A stretch of DNA of 64,000 nucleotides from Octopus vulgaris (Eukaryota), in contig OX597814.1 in NCBI GenBank assembly GCA_951406725.2, forward strand, positions 167,462,001-167,526,000, given 5' to 3'. The notes beneath the pieces were generated by a model that saw nothing but the letters and a program-made list of their open reading frames with translations, searched no databases and was not told the DNA's origin. This document shows, one piece after another, positions 15,201 through 28,369 of this stretch. How positions within the stretch are numbered: position 1 is the first letter of the stretch; each line of letters starts with the position of its first letter. Position numbers and translations under genes: made by a program.

Positions 15201-18200
15201 TGCGATGTAATCCAATGGTTTATGGGATACCTTATAACAAATTGGAGGTAATTTCATTCAGTATTATTTTACATTTTCGTATATATGTATTCGATAGTTA
15301 CTTACCATATTGTTCTCATTTATTTGCTGTTTTATATTCAGTCATTTACTCATCTCTGTGAAATCACCCAGCTTACTTGTTAGGGGTATTCAGCTCATGA
15401 TCGTAAGGTCATGAGTTTGATACCCAGCAGTGTGTTGTATCCTTGAGCAATACACTATCTCATATTGCTCCAATTCACTCAGCTGACAAAGATGAGTTGT
15501 ATATGTGTTATTCAAAGGGCCAGCTTTGTCACATTCTGTGTAATGCTGAATCTCCCTGAGAACTACATTAAGAGTATGCACATTAATTTTGCGAGCAGTT
15601 GTTCGGGAAGCAAGATGTTCAGAATATGATAGATGCCTGACAGCAGGTATTCTCATAATCTGACTAATAACGAAATAAAAAACATTTTCTTGTGTCTTCT
15701 CATTATCAACATAAATTTTGTACTAAAACAAAACAAGCTAAAATTGTTGAATGAGTTATGATAAAGAAGATGTTCATAGAAACTCCAAGGTTTATAGGAA
15801 ATAGGAGTAATTTGATTGGTCAATTTATTCTGTCATTTGCAAAATATAAAATTGTATGATATTTCTGTGATTATCCATCATTTGCTCCTTCTCACTCTCT
15901 CTTCTCCATTTCTCCTTTCTACATCACTCCAATCAGTCTCTCTCGCTTATTTTTTACCTTTCACCATTGTTCATATGCAGATACACTTTGTCCTGCTCAC
16001 TCTGCACTGAATGGAGGCTGTGAAACGAAGGTTTCACATTGCACTGAATGGAGGCTGTGAAAGGATGTGGGCCCTCTTTTGTTGTGCGAGGGTATTGTAG
16101 AGTGATTGGTGAATGGGTGGAGACTGTAAAGTTAGGAGGACCCTTTGATCTCTTTTGAGGATGACAACCATTCTAGTGTTAACACCACAATAAAATGAAC
16201 CCAATATACTCTTTAAAATGGTTGGTGATAGGAAGAGTATCCAGTGGTAAAAACCATGCTAAATTGAAACATATGAGTGAAATATGGTCTCTGAAAGTCT
16301 CAGAGAGCAGTGAGTCCAAATGGGAACTGACTTGGAGTATGACTAGCTATCCAACCAATGCCAGCATGGAAAGATGTAAAGTGATGTTGATAGATATGAA
16401 ATTAATGTTGTTGTTTAGCCTTAAACCAGCCCTGACCAAACATACCTATGAAAGACAACTCAATTATGACCATCCCATCTTATTTGCAGGTGTAGTACAT
16501 ATACTGTAGGATTACATTATTCATTGTGTCCTTCACTTTTTATGACTTCAAGGTGTTTAGAGAGATTTGGCTGTTATTTCTAGCAGGTTGAGTGATGAGA
16601 TAGAAACTTTATTGGTTTGATGAAATTAATTTTAATTTGATCATTGAAACATAAATTTATGAAAATAGTAATATAATTTATTTTATACTTCAACTGAATA
16701 ATAAGTTAATAAATAACTTCAATTTTGCAGGAGGATCCCAATCTGTATTTGTACAGGAAAAAACTTGTCTATGATGCTGCTCGTAATCTGGATAAGACGC
16801 AAATGATTCGTTTCAGTGAAGTAACAGAGAACTTTTCTTCAACAGATCTTGGAAGAATTGCAAGTCATTTCTATATTAAATATGCTACAGTTGAGGTAAT
16901 TATTGTTTGATTTAAATGAAATCTATTTTCACTCAATATAAACATCTGTTCAGAGAGTGAGAGAGATAAAGACAGAAGCATGGTGAGAAAGAGAGATGGG
17001 TCCTAGATCTGCTCTATAATGCCCCGTTGTAATGGACCTCTTTTGAATGTTTAAATATATTGAGAGATTTTTTTTTGTTGGTTGTGTATTAAAATATATT
17101 AGGGCAAAATATATTTGTCATGAAAAATAGCATCAGAGGATTTAATTTAATGAATTCATATATATCAATACATACCTGTGTTGGTAGGAATTACTATAGT
17201 CGGATGCTCTTTCAAATACAAGTCGTTGCTATTATGCAAAAGTGTTGTAAGTCCAAAACATTGCTTTTTCAGAAAACAAAAAAATAGTTTCACCATTCCA
17301 TAGCAAAACTGTTGTACTACACTTTGACAGTCTTTGATATCTTGGCATCTGAAGCAGCTGGAGATACGATTGTTTGACCAAAAGAACCAGCTATTGAAAA
17401 AATGCATTTGATCAAATTTGGACATACAACAGTTTGACATTATAGCAACAAAGTAAATTCATCATAAATCAGATTATCTCTATTTCCTCTCTGGTTTTAT
17501 TTTTCATTTTATTTATTACAGCCACTTTTCTAAACTAGTGCTAATGAATATGCTTCTTTGGCTGTGTTGGAATCAATGTTTAAACTACCAATTAGCTGTA
17601 GATTTATTTTTATATAGGCACAGGCATAGCTGTGTGGTAAGAAGTTTCCTTCTCGACCACATGGTTTCAGGTTCAGTTCCACTGCATGGCACTTGGACCA
17701 GTTTCTTCTATAGCCCTGGGCCAACCTAAATTTTATTGGATTTGGTAGATGGAGACTGAAAGAAGCCCATCATATGTGTATATATGTATGCATGTGTGTC
17801 GGGGTCACTGTTTCTATGATTTGACGTCACATGATATTTGTAAGCCAGTGTCATCATCATGCGTGGGATGTCCTTTGTTTCCAATCTTCAATGAAAATAT
17901 GTCTGTCCATGGGGAAATATTACCTTAGTTGGAAACATGAGGGTTGGTGACAGGAAAGGCATCCAGCTCAACAAATTCTCTGACTCATATAAGCATGGAA
18001 AAAGTGGACATTAGAACAATGTTGTTGATTAGCAACCAGATTATTGTGCATTGTTTAGATATGGCACAAATTGCTGGAACAGTGCTTAGAAACAGCAGAT
18101 TGCTTCACCACGTGATTGTATGATTTGCAGTTCAGCTCTTCAATGACTTTTTCCACTCTTTTATTTTTTTTTTTAATTTTTGCTATTAATTCATGAATGA

Positions 18201-21200
18201 TCTTTCTCTCTCTCTCTCTCAGTATCATACGAGGAGTTATCAAAAAGTTCCCAGACTAGATCTGTAGCGCACCAAGAGATGACAGTACATTGTTGTGTGC
18301 ACATTGAGAGCTAGCAGTGACCTTCATGAGCCAGTGTGCTGAGTGACATCGCTGTGTTTACTTTGAAAGTTGTGAAATTTATGTTTTTGTGACTATGTGT
18401 ATGCTTTAGTCTGTGATTTTGTCATGGACGGGAAGTTGGAACAAAGATCAAACATGAAATTTTGTGTTCAACTTTGGAAGTCTGCTACAGAGACATTGAG
18501 CATGCTTTGACAATCTTTCAGTGATGAGGCAATGGGTCATACGCAATGTTTTGAGTGGCACGGGTACTTCAAAAGTGGGAGAATGTCCCTGGAAGACCTG
18601 CCATCTCCAGAAATGAGAAACTTCATCAGCTTGTGCATGAGGATCACTGGAGGACAATCACTGACATTGCTGCTGCTGTTAGTCTGTCATATAGGTCTGT
18701 GCAGGCAGTCCTAACTTCTGAATTGAACATGTGGCATGTCTCTGCCAAGTTTGTCCCCCACTTGCTGACCACTGAGCAGAAAGAACATTGCATTGAAGTC
18801 TGTCAAGATTTCCATCAGCATGCCGCTGACAATCCATTCTTCATGTCAAGGATTATCACTGATGCCGAGAGTCAGATCTATAGGTATGACCTTGAGATGA
18901 AGCAGCAGTCGTTGGCGAAAGCGATGTGGTGGACAATGAAATACCTGGCTGATGACAGTCAAGGCTGATCTGGAACACAACCTAGGCCCCCATATCTACG
19001 GTGTTTGCCGCTGGAATAAGGTGTGGTTGGAGATCACGCGGCCGTTAGCCTCAAATCGCCAGGCCTGGTCGGCGTTTGTGAAGATGTAGCATTGAGGATG
19101 AATGAAGCCAGCTCAACCCACCCCGGGTGAATGCTGACAAGTAGTAGTAAGTAGTAGCAGTCGTCACACTGGAAGAGCCCTTCATCTCCATGACTGAAGA
19201 AGACACAACAGAGCCACAGCCCAATCAAGAGCATGCTCATTGTTGTTTTCATCATCTGCGTTATTGTGCATTGAGAATTCATCCCCCAGGGCCAGACTAT
19301 CAATCAACAGTTCTACTGCAATGTTTTGAAGCATTTGAGGGAAGACATTTGGCAAAACTGACTGGATCTGTGGAGCGTAAAGAATTGGATACTTCGCGAT
19401 GACAGTGCAGCTTGTCACTATGCTCTCTTCACTTGTGAGTTTCCCACCAAAAACAACATGGTATCGTTTCGGCCCCTACCCATTTCACCTGATTTAGCAC
19501 CCGCAGACTTACATTTCTTCCCTAAGATGAAAAAGCAGCTCAAAGGTCACTGTTGTCAATATCCAGAGCAAATCACAGAAGGTCATAGACTCACTTACGG
19601 AAAATGACCTCCAGGTTGGATTCCAAAAATGGTAGGAACACTGAGACTGGTGTATTGCTGTGCAAGGTGATTATTTTGAAAGAGATGACGTTAAAACTTA
19701 GGTAAATAAGTTATTTTTTATTAAATATAACTACTCCGGGAACTTTTTGATACTACCTCATATATCTCATTGTCTTAGTGTTGACAAATTCGTTTTTTAA
19801 TGCTGATTTTAGAACCTTTATTTCAATAATGATGTTAAAAATATACACACTTTTGCATAATTCAGTGTCCAAATTATGTGTTAGTATATATTTGAAACTG
19901 AAAAAAAATTCTAACTGAATATTTTTCTTTTATTTCAGACTGTAAATGAATTTTTCCTTCCACAAATGTCTGAGAATCAAGTGCTCAATATAGTGTCAAA
20001 GGCCCAAGAATTTGAACCAATTAAAGTAATTTTCTGTTTTGCAAAATAATTTCTTGTATTCATTACTATGACATAGTTCAAATGTTTTTGACTTCATGTG
20101 AATCTGGCTATATCTAACTTGGTAATGCCACCTGATGAAATCTTACATTATCTATCATTCATATGCTAAAACCATGGTGCCATGTAAAAAAGCATTAGTG
20201 TGGGTGAAGGTGTCCTGTAAAATGTAAAGCAGTTAGGATTAAAAAGGGCATCTAGCTATAGAAACCATGCCAAAGCAGACTATGGAACCTTGTGTGGCCC
20301 CTGTCCTTGCCTGTTCCTGTCAAGTCATCCAACCCATGCTGGTATGGAAAACATATATTAAATGATGATGGTGATGATGTATATGTTGTCTATACAATAG
20401 TTTTCCTAATGTCCTAACTCTTGTTTTGTTTGCTTTAAGTTATTTTAAGTCATTAATCAAAGAGTCAGCCTGAACAGCTTTGTTGAATAGAGGTAAAAAA
20501 TATCTATATCTTCTAGAATTGAGCAACATTGTATAATGTTTACCTCGTTGCCAGTGTTCTATAGATTTTTTTTGTTAAACGTTTCTGCTGACAAAACACC
20601 AATTTGGAATTTGTTTAAAGAATCTGGTATTTAGATGCTATTATTGACTTAAATACTGTACTAGTATTTAGTTTACTGGTTCTTGAAGAATGAACTTAGC
20701 TGTGTGTGGAATTAAACTTACAGAAGTTGATCCCTTTCTATGAATTGTTCCAAATCACTGCCTGATATCTCTTACTGAAAAAGTGAATAATTTCATTATT
20801 TGAACCATTACATTATCTGTAATTCTTAGATCTGAATTGAATTCTTTTTGAGGTCTGCATTTATTAATCAGAAAGGAGAAATGTTTTCTATTATTAAATC
20901 TAAAATGTATCTTCATATTTTGATTGATTGCACTACTTTTGTGATAGTATGTTTATTACATTTTAAGGGCAAAGCTCTTAAACCTTTTAGTTATAATATG
21001 TCCATCTATGATTACTTTGATGTAACCTCTTTTTCTTCCAAGTTTCTACGATTTTCAAGTTTTTTAAAATAAGTTCACATTGGAACTACAGAATATCTTT
21101 CAGAGCCACTTTTTTCTATTTTGTATAAAGGTATAAGAGAGTTCATTTGAAAAATAAAATATTGTTGCATTAAGTATAGTGAGAGGGAAAAGTCAACAGG

Positions 21201-24200
21201 AATAACTCAATGGAAATGGAGAGAAAATTTGGTAGCATAGACAGGTGGGCTGAATAATGTCAAATATGAATAGATAGGGGTCGATGTTAAGAATGAAGGA
21301 TATATTTATAATCTAAGCTTCTTACATGTATTTCTCAACTTTTATGTGTTATTATTCTATATCTAACTACTTCATCACTTGTCAATTTACAAAATTATTA
21401 CTAAATTTTTTTCTCTATGTTGGTTATAGGTTCGCAAAGAAGAATTGGAAGAACTTGAAAGGATTCACATTGAAGAGTGTGTAATGCCTGTTGCATTAGG
21501 AATGGAAAATGCTCCTGGCAAAGTTAATATCCTTATTCAGTCATATGTATCACGTGTGAGCCTTGAGAATTTCTCATTGGTTTCTGATCAAGCATTTGTG
21601 GCTCAGGTAAGATTTTACTGTGATTTTTACATTTAAAAAAAAAAAATCTGATAAAGTTGTGCCATTTAAATATAAAGTATCTGGAGTTTTTTTTTTTATT
21701 ACATTTCTATTTCACGAGTATTTATCTTTTGTAATCTTATGGCACATGCATATACATACACACATCATCATCATCATCATCCGTTCTCCATGCTAGCATG
21801 GGTTGGACGGTTCGACCGGGGATCTGGGAAGCCAGAAGGCTGCACCAGGCTCCAGTCTTATCTGGCAATGTTTCTACAGCTGGATGCCCTTCCTAACGCC
21901 AACCACTCCGTGAGTGTAGTGGGTGGTTTTTACGTGCCACCTGCACAGGTGCCAGGCGAGGCTGGCAACGGCCACGGTCAGATTGGTGTATTTTATGTGC
22001 CACCGGCACGGAAGCCAGTCAAAACGGCACTGGCATCGGCCACGAGTCGGATAGTGCTTTTTACGTACCACCAGACCAGGGATCCTGGCTGGTTCAATTC
22101 AATTTCGATTTCGCTTGCCCCAACATGTCTTCGCAACGGCGCTGGCATCAGCCACGAGTCGGATAGTGCTTTTTACATACCACCAGACCAGGGATCCTGG
22201 TTGGTTCAATTCGATTTCGATTTCGCTTGCCCCAACAGGTCTTCGCAAGCAAAGAGCATGGGTGCCTGTCATCGGATGAGGTTCTATATCGACTTCACTT
22301 GCCTCAACAGGTCTTTGTGTCCAAGGGAGGAAAGGCATGCATAAGTGGGCTGGGCTCACTTGTCCTGCCTGGTCTTCTCACGTACTGCATATTTCCAAAG
22401 GTCTCGGTCGCTGGTCATTTCCTCAGTGAGGCCTAAAGTTCGAAGGTCGCGCTTCACCACCTCGTCCCAGGTTTTCCTGGGTCTACCTCTTCTATGGGTT
22501 CCCTCAACTGCTAGGGATTGGCACTTTCTCACACACCTATCTTCATCCATTCTCGCCACATGTCCATACCAGCGCAATCGTCTCTCTTGCACACCACAAC
22601 TGATGCTTCTTAGGTACAACATTTCTCTCTAGGTACTAACGCTCTGTCGAGTATGTACACTGACGTTACACATCCATCGGAGCATACTGGCTTCATTCCT
22701 CACAAGCTTACACATGTCTTCAGCAGTCACGGCCCATGTTTCACTGCCATGTAGCATGGCTGTTCGTACACATGCATCATACAGTCTGCCTTTTACTCTG
22801 AGCGAGAGGCCTTTAGTCACCAGCAGAGGTAAGAGCTCCCTAAACTTTGCCCAGGCTATTCTTATTCTAGCAGTTACACTTTCAGCGCACCCACCCCCAC
22901 GACTGACTTGGTCACCTAGATAACGGAAGCTATCAACTACTTCTAGTTTTTCCCCCTGGAAAGTGACGGAAGTTGTTTTCTGCAGATTTTCGGAGGTTAA
23001 TGCTCCCGAGCATCTGCCACATACAAAAACTATCTTCCCAGTTAGCCTACCTTTGACATTGCTGCACCTCTTATGTGTCCATAGCTTACACTGGGTACAT
23101 CTTATAGAGTTTCTACCTACACCTTTTCTGCAGATCGAGCAGGGCCATCTTCCTGAAGACATTTGTGGATTGTCTACCTTCCTACTTATTAGTACTTTGG
23201 TTTTAGCTAGGTTGACTCTAAGGCCCCTCGATTCTAAACCCTCCTTCCACACCTGGAACTTCTCCTCCAGTTCTGATAGTGACTCAGCAATTAGAGCAAG
23301 GTCGTCAGCATAGAGGAGCTCCCAGGGGCAACCTGTCTTGAATTCCTCCGTAATTGCCTGGAGGACTATGATAAATAGGAGGGGGCTGAGTACTGAACCC
23401 TGGTGGACCCCAACCTCTACTTTGAATTCTTCTGTGTACATGTTGCCAACCCTAACCTTACTTACGGCATCTCTGTACATGGCTTGCACAGCCCTCACCA
23501 GCCATTCATCTATCCCTAGTTTCCTCATTGACGACCAGATAAGGGATCGGGGGACCCTATCAAAGGCTTTCTCCTTGTCAACGAAAGCCAGGTACAGGGG
23601 CTTATCTTTGGCTAGGTATTTCTCCTGCAGCTGCCTTACCAGGAATATAGCATCAGTGGTACTTTTCCCTGGCACAAACCCAAACTGCATCTCATCTAAA
23701 CTAACTCTCTCTCTAATTAGTTGGGCTATGACCCTCTCCGTAACCTTCATTACCTGATCCAACAGCTTGATACCTCTGTAATTATTTGTATCTAGGGCAT
23801 CACCTTTACCTTTGTAGCAGTTGACTAGTATGCTGCTACACCAGTCATTGGGTATGACTCCTTCGTGTATCACCTGGTTGACTATACGAGTGACTAGGTT
23901 ATAGCCGACACTGCCAGATGTTTTGAGCATCTCTGCAGTAATTCCTGAAGGACCTGGGGCTTTCCCTGTCTTCATGCTTCTAATTGCCTTAGCTACCATG
24001 GAACTATCAACTCGGATAGCTGGTCCCTCTGTTGGGTCAACATTCGGCAGACTCTCTTTATCCCATTCATTTTCTTTATTCAGCAACCTTTCATAGTGGC
24101 ATCTCCAAACCTCTCTCTTTGCATCCTCATTTAGTGCAAGTGAACCATCATCCATGCGAACACACTTCTCTCCTACCACATCACGATTCTCTCTCACACT

Positions 24201-26182
24201 GTCTTGCAACACGAAATACCTCAAGTCTTTCATCCTCACGGCTCAGAACATTGGCAAATTTTTTCTTATCCGCTTCCCCTATGGCTAAATAAACCTGTCT
24301 CCTAGCTTCCCTTCTGGCTGTCTGATACAATTCCCTGATACCACCGTTCTTCCAGTCCCTCCAAGCCTGTTTCTTTTGTCTAATAGCCCTGTCCACCACA
24401 TTGTTCCACCACCACGTTACTCTGGGTCGAGACGGGACTTTGCTCCATCCACAGATCTGGTCAGTGGCTGTCAGCAGATTGTCCCGTAGAAATCTCCAGT
24501 TGTCTTCCACATTAAGTGAAGCTATATCTCCTTCTATTTCGTCAAAGGCTTCAAGTAGTATGTCTCTAAATCTCTGTCCATTTGCAGGATCTTTAAGCTT
24601 CCAGACCCTTCTCCTCCAAGCTGGTCTTCTTCTGGGCAACCATTTAGCTCTGATCCTGATGTCGCTAACTACTAATCTATGTTGAGGAGTACATTCTTTG
24701 TCTGGAAAGGTTTTGGCATTTATAAGCAGCCCTCTTTCCCTCTTTCTGGTGAGGATGTAGTCAATCTGACTAGTGTGTCTGCCAGAACGGTAGGTGACTA
24801 GATGAGAGGCGGGTTTCCTGAAGTTGGTATTGCAAACCATAAGGTCATTTGCATCGCAGAACTCCAGCAGCCTGGTTCCCTCCTCATTTCGAGAGCCAAA
24901 ACCATAGCCACCATGAACGCCATAGAAGCCCCCGACATGCCGGCCAACATGTCCATTGAAATCACCTGCCACAAAGAGAAGGTCACTATCATTTGTCAAC
25001 GAGGTAGTTCGCAATAGGGAGTCATAGAATTGGTCTTTCTGTCCTTCCGGTAGCCCTGGTTGAGGGGCATATGCTGAGATGATGGTAGCTGACCTATGGT
25101 GAAGCACTAATCTAATCTTAAGTACTCTATCATTTACTCTGACCACCTCGATTACCTTATCTACCCATTTCTCCGCAAGAAGTATACCCGCGCCCCCTAC
25201 CCCGTCAGTGTTCCCTGCCCAGAAAATCTTGTACCTGTGTTCCTTGCCTGTGAGGAGCCTAGCGGAACCTCCTCTCCACCTTACTTCTTGGATGCAGCAT
25301 AAATCCACACGTCTCCTTTCAAGCAGCTCTACAATCTCTACATATATGCACTCATATATTATATTTGATAACTTGAATAATAACGTCCTTTTTTTCATCC
25401 TTTAAAACTTCTCTTGCAGAATGCTGCCCGCATTGTTCGTGCACTTTTCCAAATTGCTTTGCGTAAAGGGTGGCCCATTATGGCTAATCGATTACTAAAT
25501 CTTTGTAAAACAATTGATAAACGCCAGTGGCAATTTGAGAATCCTCTGAGGCAGTTCCAAAATAATTTGCCATATGAAGTTCTTAACAAGATCGAGAAAG
25601 CAAACTTAAGTCTTGAAAAAATGAGAGAAATGACTTCAAAAGAAATTGGTGAGTTTTTTAAAATTTACTTCTCTCCTCACTCTTCCCTCCGATACAAACG
25701 TTTCATTGATCAAAGCTACGCCCTTCTCCACCATTCATGACCCAATTTACTGACTTTTCTGATGGCACCCAGCTGTTGATGAATGGTTGAATGACCAAAT
25801 CCAAGCTTTTCCGTTAGTTCCTCAACAGTTACGATGGGATTTTGTTCCACCAGTGTTTGCAGGATGCCCTTGTCGAGCTCAACACATATTCCAGGACGAG
25901 GCTAGTCTTTCTAGGCTGTAGTATCCAGCTTGTTGCGTTGCTGCCTTTATTGAAATCACAAAGCAAAATATGCTGAATATGCTTCTTTGTCACTTCCATT
26001 ATAGATTTGAAAAAATAACTGTTAAAATTGAATTGCACTCTCCAAAACTTGCACTAAGAATAAGGATAAGGTAAAATTACTATCTGCTTTTTTATTAGCA
26101 AGTTGATGCAGTTAGTTTATCCCATCCACCTCTGACTTTTAGTTCATGCAATTGTAAAATCAGCATTATTTATGGAATGACT

Positions 26183-26217
<35 letters not shown>

Positions 26218-28336
26218 CATCTAATATCCATTTTCCATGCTGGCATGGGCTGGACAGTTTGACAGGAGCTGACAAGCCGGAGAGCTGCACCAGACTCCAT
26301 TTGTCTGTTTTGGCATGGTTTCTGTGGTGGAATCCCCTTCCTAACACCAACCAGTTTACAGAGTGTACTGGGTGCTTTTTACAAGGCACCAGCACAGGTG
26401 CTTTTTACATGGCACCCACAGGGTCACCACCTCTCTGCTGAGAGTAGGAGTGGAACTAAGGGAAGTGGCTTGATGTGAAAATAACAGGAATTCCGAGCTT
26501 CCAAATTGTTCCAAGGAAACAGATTATAATCCTTACCTCATCCATTTTATATAGGTATAAAGTAGCAAAAATAAAACTTTGTAGTTTAACCTAGCTACCA
26601 ATATTATGCATGATATTCAATTTGGAATGGCTTGTTAATTATGGAAATCTTTATTACATTTTTCTTCAATTGAATTAAGCTTTGGAAGTAATTGTTTGGT
26701 TATTTCTATTCATATTATGCATAATTTCATTACTAGGTCTTATGATACATCACCAGAAAATGGGAGTTAATGTAAAAAGATGTGTCCATCAGATACCATA
26801 TCTTGATTTGGATGCTACAATACAACCAATTACACGCACTGTACTTCGAGTCAGATTAAGTATTAAACCAGAATTTCACTGGGATGATAAGGTAATCAAA
26901 ATTTCATTGTACAGATAAGTCGTTCTCATATCCTTACTTTCCATTTCATATTGCTTGTTAAGTTAAAAAATTTTCATGCATTTTAACCTTTTCATTACTG
27001 TATTTATTTTGAGATGCTGTGTTTCTTTCAATTACTTTAAATATAAGAAAGAATTTAATAAAATAACTTAGTTATCATTCAGCTAGTGTTAGGAACATAA
27101 ATTGTGACTAAGGTTTGGTGGAAGATTTTAATTCAAAATTTATGAAAACAAGACATTTGTACTCAGAGCCAGAGCCAGTTTCAGCCGGGTTGATAACAAA
27201 AGGGTTAATAGATTTGAAAGATTTTTGAACTTATCTACAGTATGATTACATTGTGCACACGTGTGTTCGTTTATTTGTTCTACATCCATTTTTCCATGCT
27301 AGAATGAATTGGGCAACTACTTACTGAGGCATTATTTTAGAGCCAGGTACTCTTTCTTACTTGCTTTTCCATCCGCAAGTAACAATAAAACTTTTAACAC
27401 ACCTTACCCCAACAAACCAGCCTACATCTCTTTACCTCACCTTTTCTCTTGCTCTTACAGTATGCTTATGCATATCCCTCACTCCCCAATCCTGTCCTCA
27501 CTACTCACTGTATCACTGCTATCCTGTTGTCCTCCTCCCCCTCTATATACCCAGGTTTCACCAGTCACTGCATTCCCTACACTCTTTGCATTCATGTGAA
27601 GTCTCTATTCCCTACTCATGCACCTTTGGCAATACCCTATCATTTATATTCTGACCCTCATACCTTGAGGGTATACCCTGGCACTTCACCGCCATCTATC
27701 ACTCTCTTGCTCTACTCTATTCCATTTATATTCTGATCCCCATTCCTGATGAGTATGCCCTGGCACTTCTCCACCATCTCTCTCTTCTCTCTTGCACTCT
27801 CGTTCTCTCCCATTCACTCTCTCTTTCTCTTGCACTCTTGTTCTCTCCCATTCACTCTCTCTTTCTCTTGCACTCTCGTTCTCTCCCATTCACTCTCTCT
27901 TTCTCTTGCTCTCTCCCTCTCACTGGTTAACCATGTATATTCTCTATAGCAACATACCTGTTTCTGTCCTCATTCCTGATCTCTCTCTCTCTCTTTCTCA
28001 CACGCACATACACACACACACACTTTCTGACTGGGTAACCACGTATCTCTTCTACAGCAAGACACCTGTTTCTGGTTCTCTATCACACTCTAACCTTTAA
28101 TCATCTGGCACACGACCATCTCCTCCAATGCTCTCTCTTCCCTCTCAAAAGGTCTTCGTCTTGCAAGTTACTTGGTGACTCAGTCCATTCTGTGTGGTGG
28201 TTGGTGTTGGAGAGGACACCCAACCATAAAAACCATGCCAAAAACAGACACTGGAGCTTGATGTAGTTTTCTGCTTGGCCAGCTCCTGTCATACTGTCCA
28301 ACCCATGCCAGCATGGAAAGCAGGTGTTAAATGATG

Positions 28337-28369
<33 letters not shown>

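Noticed and set aside
22629-22631. TAG stop rescued by A-to-I editing to restore the LINE ORF
   Set aside because: The upstream frameshift and 5' truncation would still disable this copy; a simple TTG-to-TAG mutation explains it.
25340-25398. N-terminus of the 405-aa ORF (MKKRTLLF...) as the LINE start
   Set aside because: It is the antisense of the ASCC3 intron end, open by chance; LINE homology starts at EIVELLERR.
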